A program made the translations under genes and the position numbers. DNA of 64,000 nucleotides, taken from positions 6,758,001-6,822,000 of the forward strand of contig OZ059898.1 of the NCBI GenBank assembly GCA_964057225.1, read 5' to 3'. The notes below the pieces were generated by a model. It searched no databases. It saw only the letters and a list, made by a program, of their open reading frames with translations, and had not been told where the DNA came from. The stretch is from Auanema rhodensis (taxonomy: Eukaryota; Animalia; Nematoda). Below, one piece after another: positions 55,656-64,000 of the stretch (its first letter is position 1; each line of letters starts with the position of its first letter).

Positions 55656-56683
55656 TCACCATTGTTGAGCAGCATTGGTTTGAGCCCAATCCTGTGTTTC
55701 AGCTGGCTTGTTAATATTCCAGTTAGCAGTTTCGTCGGCCCAGTTCTGGACATCAGGAGCAGCAGTGAAGTCAACGCTCTGTTCAACAGGGGCAGCAGCG
55801 TAGTCGGCCTGTTGGATTGGAGCAGCATCTCCAGACTCCTCCTTCTCAGTCTCATGGGGATCACGGTAGAAGTAGAGATCAGGCATGATCTCCTTTCCGT
55901 CAAGAACGAATCCGGTTTGGCGAGAGATCTTTCCTCTGAGGATGAGGATCTCACGAGCCAAAAGCCACCACATAAGTCCAATGGACTTTTCTCCCTTAAA
56001 GAAAATCATATTAATTTTTTAAAAATAAAGAGTTCTTACCTTGTTGTTACATGGGATAGAAATGTCAACGAGCTTCAATGGAGACTCGGTGTTACAGAAA
56101 GAGATAACGGGAACGTTGACGTAAGAAGCCTCAGTGACGGCCTAAGAAAAGCGAACTAAAAGGACCAAAATTTGAAAGCTTACTTGGTGGTCAACACGAG
56201 GATCAGAGATAACGAGAAGTCTTGGCTCCTTGAATGTCTTTTGGATTTGATTGGTAAGACATCCAGGACTGAAACGTCCGAAGATGGCAGTAGCTCCAGT
56301 ATGGGCAGCGAACTTGAGAAGAGCACGCTGAGCATATGGGCGAGCAGATACAACAACAACATCGGCTGGGTTCTCAACAGCAGCGATAGCGCGAGCAGCT
56401 AAGAGAAGTTTCTCCCAAGTCTTCTTGAGGTTGATGATGTAGGTTCCTTCAAAAGTCAGGATATACATAGTAAAAATACTCAAAAATACACAAATTATAG
56501 CTTTTAATAAAATGTTATAAACAAATTTCGAAAAAATCAAATATACTAACCGTCAACACGACGGTTGAAGACGTATTGCTCCATCTGGAAATCCACGTTG
56601 GGAGATCCAATATGGGCATAAGTAGCCAAAAGCTTCATAACATCATCCTCCTGGAGAGCAAAGGGCTCGAGACCGCCCGACAT
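55656..56683 (-). CDS. rps-0: 40S ribosomal protein SA (uS2)
   Basis: MSGGLEP...[83 protein letters not shown]. Confidence 0.97.
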
Positions 56684-57089
56684 TTTACCTGAAGAACATT
56701 CATTAAAACATCGAATATGGATTCAATATAGATATATTCAATAAAAAAACAAGCAGCTCAATAGAGAACGAATATACAATAACTGTATTTATACATAATT
56801 TCTCAAATTATATATGCATTCAGATAATCAGGTAAAGAAGAAGTATTTATAAACACATTACATAATAAAAAACAGAATTAAACGTATTTTAGGAAAATGT
56901 CCCAGACTAGTATAGACAATGTTGAATATTGGCTGCGAACCAGTGCACGTATGTAATACTCAGTGAATTGCCACAGCAGCCAAAGGGTCTCAACACGAAA
57001 ATTTTCTCATTAATAATTTATTAACATTATAGCTTTAATTATGCAGTTTTAATGGAAAAGAAATATCTTAAATATTTTAAAATTTTACT

Positions 57090-59474
57090 ATGACTTCTAA
57101 TGAGACAAAATGGACTTGTAAGTAAGTATTTATTTTAAATATAAATAAATGATAGACCGTTCACGATGAAACTAACACTTGCAGAGGGTACCAAACAATA
57201 TTGGATCCAAACCTAACCATCGATGCTTTACGTCGTCTTTGTTATGATGGATTGTTACGTAAAACTGTTCTACGATCAGTAGTATGGAGGGTTAAAAAAA
57301 ATTAAAACTGATGAAATCGAACAATGCTTGGTTTAGATTTTGCTCAACTGCTTACCAGTTTGTAAGTTAGAATGGGAAACAATATTGCAAAGATCAAGAA
57401 ACGAGTATGAAAAATTGAAAAAGGTTCATATAACAGATCCTCATGATGAGAGCTTTCCTCAGGATCCGCAAGAAAATAATCCATTGACTCAAACCGAACA
57501 GGTTGGTTACAAAACATAAAATATTGATTAACAGCTTGGGGATTCAGAATCCTTGGAAAAAATATTTTGAAGATCACGATTTGCGTGATATCATAGCGAA
57601 AGATGTTATGAGAACGTATGTGTTAAGTTCAATACTTGAAACAGTCCTTATTCTTAATCCAGGTTTCCTGAAATATCGTTTTTTCAACAACAAAGTATAA
57701 GGGATAGCATGTCTGAAATTTTGATTGTGTATGCGAAGCAACATCCTTACATATCATACAAGCAGGTTTGTACCAAACTAAAAATTAGATTTACGAGAAA
57801 TGAGTATCAGGGTATGCATGAAATTTTGGCTCCATTACTCTTTGTACTCTGTTCGGATATTGAATTGTTTGAACATATAAAAGAAGGTTCAGAATTCCGG
57901 TAAGCAGATGCAGATGAATTAATAGTAATACTTGTTGGGTTAACTGTTTAGTGCTCTCTCGGATGATGATAAAAAAATTTTGGGGTTTGTGTATGACCGC
58001 AAATATTTCGAACATGACGCTTAGTAAGACAACAATTTAAGTAAATCTGATAACATCTTAATATAGTGCCCTATTCCGTGAAGTAATGTTAGAAATCGGA
58101 GGTTGGTATGAAGATACTGAATTGTCAACTGAAAAACCAGTAACAACTGAACCTTTTATGAGGTAAGGATATCTTCTTCAATTCAATTTATTTGCGATTA
58201 GATTACACGATGTTGCGCCTACTACCATTATCGCTGTTGAGTTAGCTAATGTTGGTGACTATCTTTATTCTGTTGATCCTGAACTCAGTAGTTACTTGAA
58301 AGGATTGGATATTCCTCCTCAACTATATGGAATGTATGTTTTAGTATGTAGACTAAGTATCAGTATATGTTATAGACGTTGGCTTCGGTTATTATTCGGA
58401 AGGGAGTTTCCTATTCATGACTTACTTTACTTATGGGATATAATCTTTTGTGAGAGACCGATAGGTCGGATGGTGCAATCTGTATTTATAGCAATGCTCA
58501 TATATATTCGTGAACTTTGTATGTTTTAAAGTTTCTTCTAACAAAACTACAATTTATTTCACAGTGCTGAAAAGCGATTATGGTGGATGCCTGCATTACT
58601 TAATGAAGTATCCTCCTGTGGTAGATATCACCACGTTTATGCAGTTGGCTCGATATTTCTACTCTCCCAAGGTTAGAATTCTTTGTAATCTTGATGTGCA
58701 TTGAACACTTTAAGAAAATCGCTAAGCCGAATCTACCAGCTTTGTCGAATTTTGCGAACATCACAGTAGCTGGCGCCGCTCATCCTAATACACAGAAAGA
58801 ATTTGTAGACCCGGATAAAGCAGTTGTTCAAATGAGACCAAGACAGCGTTCAATGCTGGAAAAGGTGAAAGGCACATTTATTGATCCTCCTGGTAAGCAT
58901 ACATGTATTAATAAATACCGTTTTTAATCATTAGCCCAAAAAACATCTCCTCAACTGACTCCGAAAAAGGGTAAAGTATCAGGAAGAACAACCCCTGTTG
59001 AAAAAACTCCTAATTCTTGGGAAAAGGTGAAACAAATTTTCATGTGCAACAAATCATGACAGTTTTAGGAACTTCAACTAATGGAAAATCAAGTTGCATG
59101 TTTACAATCAACTCTGAATGAAAAAGATATATTATGCTCGGATGTGGCACAACGAATGGGTTTCTTTTTAAAATTAATACAAGAGTGACAAGACAAGTTT
59201 TGCAGAAGTTTATGCTGGTCAGCTCCATGAAGCTTCTACTATTGAAGCAAGGACATCAATCGCTGATGAACTAAGAAAGTTGAGTTCCCGTTTGACATGC
59301 CAATTTATATCTCAAGGTACATTATTTTTCTTCAACGACGTATAGAATATGTATTAAGGTTTGAATGGATCTGATAGAGTTGAAATAGCACATGAGGTGA
59401 GGGTTGCTGCAAGTCGGGCCCGTGCTCGTCTTGATAACGAAATGATTGAACTAAAGTCGAACTTAATGTTGTAA
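57090..59474 (+). CDS. TBC1D5: TBC-domain Rab GAP, TBC1D5 orthologue
   Basis: LRSVVWRILL, NPL.Q...NPW.KYF.D..LR.II.KDV.RTFPE, YKQGMHEILAPL, EHDA, PQLYGIRWLRLLFGREF, LMKYPP. Confidence 0.9.
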
Positions 59475-59719
59475 ATAGTCAATAATCGCATTTTATGTAT
59501 ATATATATATATACTCTTATTTATAAGGTAACATTACTCATAAGATCTTTTTTTTTGTGATTTGTTATACAGGTATTATCGAAGCCAAATTTCTTGTCAT
59601 TTTTCTAGTCTTTTAGTTCTGAAATTAACGTGTAGTGCTGTATCTCAATTTGCATTTAACGTTCGCTTTCTTGTTTAATATAATATTTATCTGATAAATA
59701 TATTAGGTACCCTACTCAT

Positions 59720-60704
59720 TTATTCTTCTGTTTCTTCGTTTTGTTCTTCCATTTTAGCAATCCATTTTCGTCGAAGTATTCTGATTTGTGTGGATGAAAA
59801 TCCTAGTCTTCGACTACAAGGGGTCATAGTACATTTAGCATCACATGGATTTGGAGTATACGGTGCACAACAGCAATAACACTTCTCATCAATACTAAAT
59901 CATTATTTAAAGTACAGTATAAAAAATTGAAATTACCTTATACAGTTTAGTGGCTTTAAAGACCATACTTGATCTCTAATATTAGGTGGAACTAAAGCAC
60001 CAAGAAAATCAACAGCTGTTGTATATCTAATAATATCAGTTTATGATAAGAAAAACATTCATATGGATTACTTGGGAGGCCAGACTTTACATGTTCCAGT
60101 GCGTTGATCGAATGCTTGTTCAGTCATAGCACATGCTTGACGTTCTGTTGGTAAATCGCATATTCTATCTACTACACCAAAGGAATTTCCACTGTAATAA
60201 ATCGTTTAGAATCTATATATAGATATACTGCACCGTACCCAGGAGTATAATCACAACGAGGAGAGCATGCTACTTGGACATTACACATTCCACAAGCATT
60301 AGCAGATTTATTAAATAATTCTGCGTAGTCCATTACTTTTTGAACAATTGGATTTCCAATTCCAGTGATCAACTAAAGTTTTATAACTACTAAAATCATG
60401 AATAAAAATTTGAACTAACCGACATATACCTATTCTGGTAACATTGACTAGGCAAGCGACTCCAGAACGTTCTGTCTGCAGTACTGAAATAAAAATAAGA
60501 AGAGCATTTCAAATAATAATAATATTCAACAAAATATTTATAACACTAGTATTACCTGAAGCAAGGGCCATACTCACTCCAATTCTGACAGTTACTAGTC
60601 TTTCCAGCTTGGCTTACTGAGGAAAATGCTGAAGCCAGAAAAGGAAGAACCACAGGAACAAATAAAACAGTTATTACAAATAAAATTGGAAGTAATTGAT
60701 TCAT
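59720..60704 (-). CDS. Secreted nematode Cys-rich protein, 6 exons
   Basis: Signal peptide. The spliced ORF contains WSEYGPC, ACGMC...CSPRC, CKVWP and [13 protein letters not shown]. Intron 1 is only 34 nt. Confidence 0.75.
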
Positions 60705-61921
60705 GGTGTTGTTTAGTTAATCAATATATTGATATAATTATTAGTGTCTTAATATCCTTTAAAAATGCCAAGTAAAGCTTATAATAGCATTAGATAGAAT
60801 ACGATGATCTCGATGTAAACGCGGCGGTTGATGAAGATGATGCTACTAATAGACGACAGTTCTTATCCATATACACAGATACACACATACAGTGATACAC
60901 ACATGCAAACAGGTTGGCAACAGAATAGATCATTTGAAAGAGCACTGTAGAAGTGGAGATGACTGATTGGTCTTTCTCCCGGTTGACTGGACGTCTATCA
61001 GAGGTCACACACCAATAACAACAGAACGAGAATTCATCCGTTTTCGGAAAATGGATAATCATGCGGATTCGTCACTTTCACCGTCCGGATGTCACATGCA
61101 AACGGGCTAGAAGCAGTTATTTTTATGTCAATCGAAAAAAATGACAAAATAGAAGCGATTTTCATTCAATAGAGTAGTATCTGATTTGGATAAAAAATGA
61201 ACTGAAATTTTTTATAAGGTTCAAATAATCGAATTAACACATAATGTTTAAAATAAAACATTAGATAAAGGTGCAATTTGCTTAGTAATCACTTTAGTTT
61301 TTCTTGATATATTTAGCTATTTAGATATTTTCCCATGAGATGAACAATATCATCAGTTAAATTATTATCCACTTACCTTTAAGCTTCATGGGAAATAAAT
61401 TTTATCCGAGTGAAAATCATAGCTAAGAAATTAGTAAGAGTTAAGAAATCTAATACGTTTGTCGAATTCAACAGTTCTATTATAGCCACTTCCGTATCTG
61501 CATTGTCGGCTCTTGGGTCGTAAGAAAAAGGGGAAAAGCTGGTGAAAACTGACTTGAGTGCCGATTGAGCACTAGCACTCGCTGTGGGATTTTCCAAAGA
61601 AGGCGCTGTTTGCTCATCAAACCATACCCACGTCTGGTACCGTGTCGTCTTCCCATTCTCTCACATCGTGTCGTATTCACCAAATCTTTGTTTATTTTCT
61701 GTTTTGTTGGCCTTACACTTTGCTCGTCCACGAATTCAGTCCACTTTTAAGTCACATAGGGTGTGACCACTGTGGCTTTTCGCTCACGTCTCTTTTCTGT
61801 GTCGGCTTCCTTTTGATACATCTCAAATCTGAGCCACAGCTCTGAAGAACTATTTGACTGAATTAACCAAAACCCATTTCCCCATCGTCGTTTTCATTTC
61901 CATAATTTTTGGATTTTTCAG

Positions 61922-62670
61922 ATGCAAGTAGCATTGTTCATAATCGCTTTACTCCTTGTTGGATCAACAGAATCGGACAACAGTCCTCCATGGTATCTTC
62001 CTATAATCGAATATTTTGAACCTCTAATGGCCAAAGAAGTTGTGGAGCAAACAGTAACAGAGCAATGTCAGCAAGGTATTTCAATATAAGCTTGTAATAT
62101 AATAATAAATAAATTTGGAGAATGTTTAACTACTATGGATTGTAATACTGGATTAAGCTGTTTTCAAGCAACTGAAGAAAAACCTGGCTGCTGTTTACCT
62201 GGTAATATTCTAATCGATCTCTTTAGAACATTTAAAATACTTCACTTGATTACAAATCTTTTATTTTTGTCAAATATCTTCGAAACTACTTAATAAGCCC
62301 TATGTGAATCAAACATCGTCATGAAATATAGCTCCTTATAGCTTTAAAACCTAACGAAACTGGATGTATTCTGGACGAACAGTGTAAAAGAGCTTGCGAA
62401 AGTACAATTTGTGATAGAACACAAACACCATCACGATGTCTCTGTGACGAAGGTCGTCATTTCTTATTCAACAAATGCTGTTAGTTGTTATTTTTTTAAA
62501 ACTGCAGTTCATATATTTTACTTATAGGGAAGAAATGTCCAGCTTTCGCTCATCCCGAGCCCATAGTTGATGCTTTAGGATTTAGTCGATGTGAACTGAA
62601 AACAGATTTGAAAACAGCTGTAGGATTCATGAGAAGAATGAAACGTCAAATGAGAAGCAATTTCTGTTAA
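61922..62670 (+). CDS. Secreted small Cys-rich (EB-module-like) protein, 4 exons
   Basis: ATG directly after tttttcag (trans-splice site) and a signal peptide; GCCLP...GCILDEQCKRAC...CLCDEGRHFLFNKCWKKCP; TAA at 62668-62670. Confidence 0.78.
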
Positions 62671-64000
62671 TTTTCATTAACATTCCCCTCCTACCATAAA
62701 ACTTCTTTTCAATAAGAAGCCATATTATACCTAGAAGTATTTCCTTCTTTTCAATGTTATCATGGTGATTCTATTCTACTACCACCCACTGATACTTTAT
62801 TTGGTTTAAAACATTTTGAGCAGAGTAAACACTTGAAATTAACATGAAACCCGATCTCTTGAATTAACTCTTCAAAGTTAATTTTATACAGGTTTCATAA
62901 TAATATTAGCCTTGATTCTGAATCTTTAGAATGTTCCTCAAAATTACTTTTACACCTTTTTACGAAAAGTGAAGAGAAGCCGTAAGTAGGTTGTTTGCTG
63001 ATCCTTTCAAGCTTCTCCTCTTACTGTCTGTCTCACCAAGAGTTCCCCTTATCATATCCCATTCTCCATATAATCTGTTTTTTTTTCGAAATCTGTCGAC
63101 TCTTCAGTTTTTCTGAAAGCTTGGTACACAAGTTTGTCACTTTCTTGACAAAAGACGGTAGTATTCATTTAACTATTTCATATTAAAAAAGGTAAATCTA
63201 TAATAATCGATGTCATTTATGGGTTTTAGATCAGTTCATATGTTCTGTTCAATTATGTATATATATATTAATATGCTATATTCAAAATATATAAATAAAT
63301 ATTCAATCAAGCTTATTATATTCTTTATAATACATTTTGTATATACAACCCCTCTTTAGTTTTCTAATATTTTTTTTTCAGTTCTAGATATAATGACCTT
63401 TACTTGATTTGCAAAAACCAGAGACAAAAAAAAACGAGACTTTGCAGTGTGTCTATGGTTGGAGAACAAGAAAGGGAGGCTATCTGGTCCCACTACTATA
63501 TTTGAACTATCCATCATCTTTGTTTTGACGCCAATGCCAAAACTATTTATGGTTGTGCCGTGGTTGGAAAAATTGAAGTCAGTTAAAATTTGTTGACAGA
63601 TATTAGAAGAAAATTATAAAATAAAAGAAAACTAAAAAAGTATTTATCACTAAAGTATCATCAAGATATTTCAGGAATAACAAAACATTCAGTTAAATTA
63701 AATTAAGATATTGGATTCATAATAACCATATAAGGCACATTGTAAGAGATGCATCATCTAAAATTAGGCTAATTGGAGATAAAGAGAGATCACAAAGTAA
63801 TAGATATCACAAAAAAAAGAGCATAGAAATGCTGAAAAATAAAATTTTATATGGAAAGGTTTTAATTGATATATAAAGCTTATACATTTGGTTAATTATA
63901 TATTACAATGTTTTAAATTTTTTTGAAAATATTTTAAGATGAAAGTTATGAAAGAAAAACTAATTTTTAGATGAGTTAGTTATAGTATTTTTCCAATTAT

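Noticed and set aside
55544-56402. Overlapping ORFs of 145, 165, 76 and 65 aa around rps-0
   Set aside because: Alternative-frame or antisense shadows of a codon-biased ribosomal protein gene.

Overview
Eukaryotic, AT-rich nematode DNA. Gene orthologies, ~40-50 nt introns and TTTCAG acceptors point to a clade V rhabditid, but the species is not identified. The first 17.6 kb is a 199-bp tandem satellite (about 20 units to the left, running off the window, and about 53 to the right). It is interrupted at 3922-6992 by a 3-kb island. The island holds an intact 4-exon retropepsin-like (DTG) aspartic protease gene, the 5' stub of a Maverick/Polinton major capsid gene carrying a Merlin-type MITE (8-bp TSD), and a divergently oriented, frameshifted, truncated class III (gB/chuvirus-like) fusogen gene. 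Together these read as a Maverick remnant with a possible cargo gene. The satellite ends in a pyrimidine-rich modular repeat (possible LTR remnant) and a ~2-kb AT-rich buffer containing a candidate chromosome-break/telomere-seeding site. A gene-dense region follows: FAR-like lipid-binding protein, tRNA-Leu(CAG), TANC/rolling-pebbles, RPAIN-like, a multi-zinc-finger RS/Pro-rich protein, coronin, a minus-strand operon-like run (rps-0, S1P phosphatase-like, ras-2, APC5), TBC1D5 and two secreted Cys-rich proteins. One oversized intron of the S1P-phosphatase-like gene folds into a candidate structured ncRNA. All family calls come from motif recognition by eye; no searches were run.
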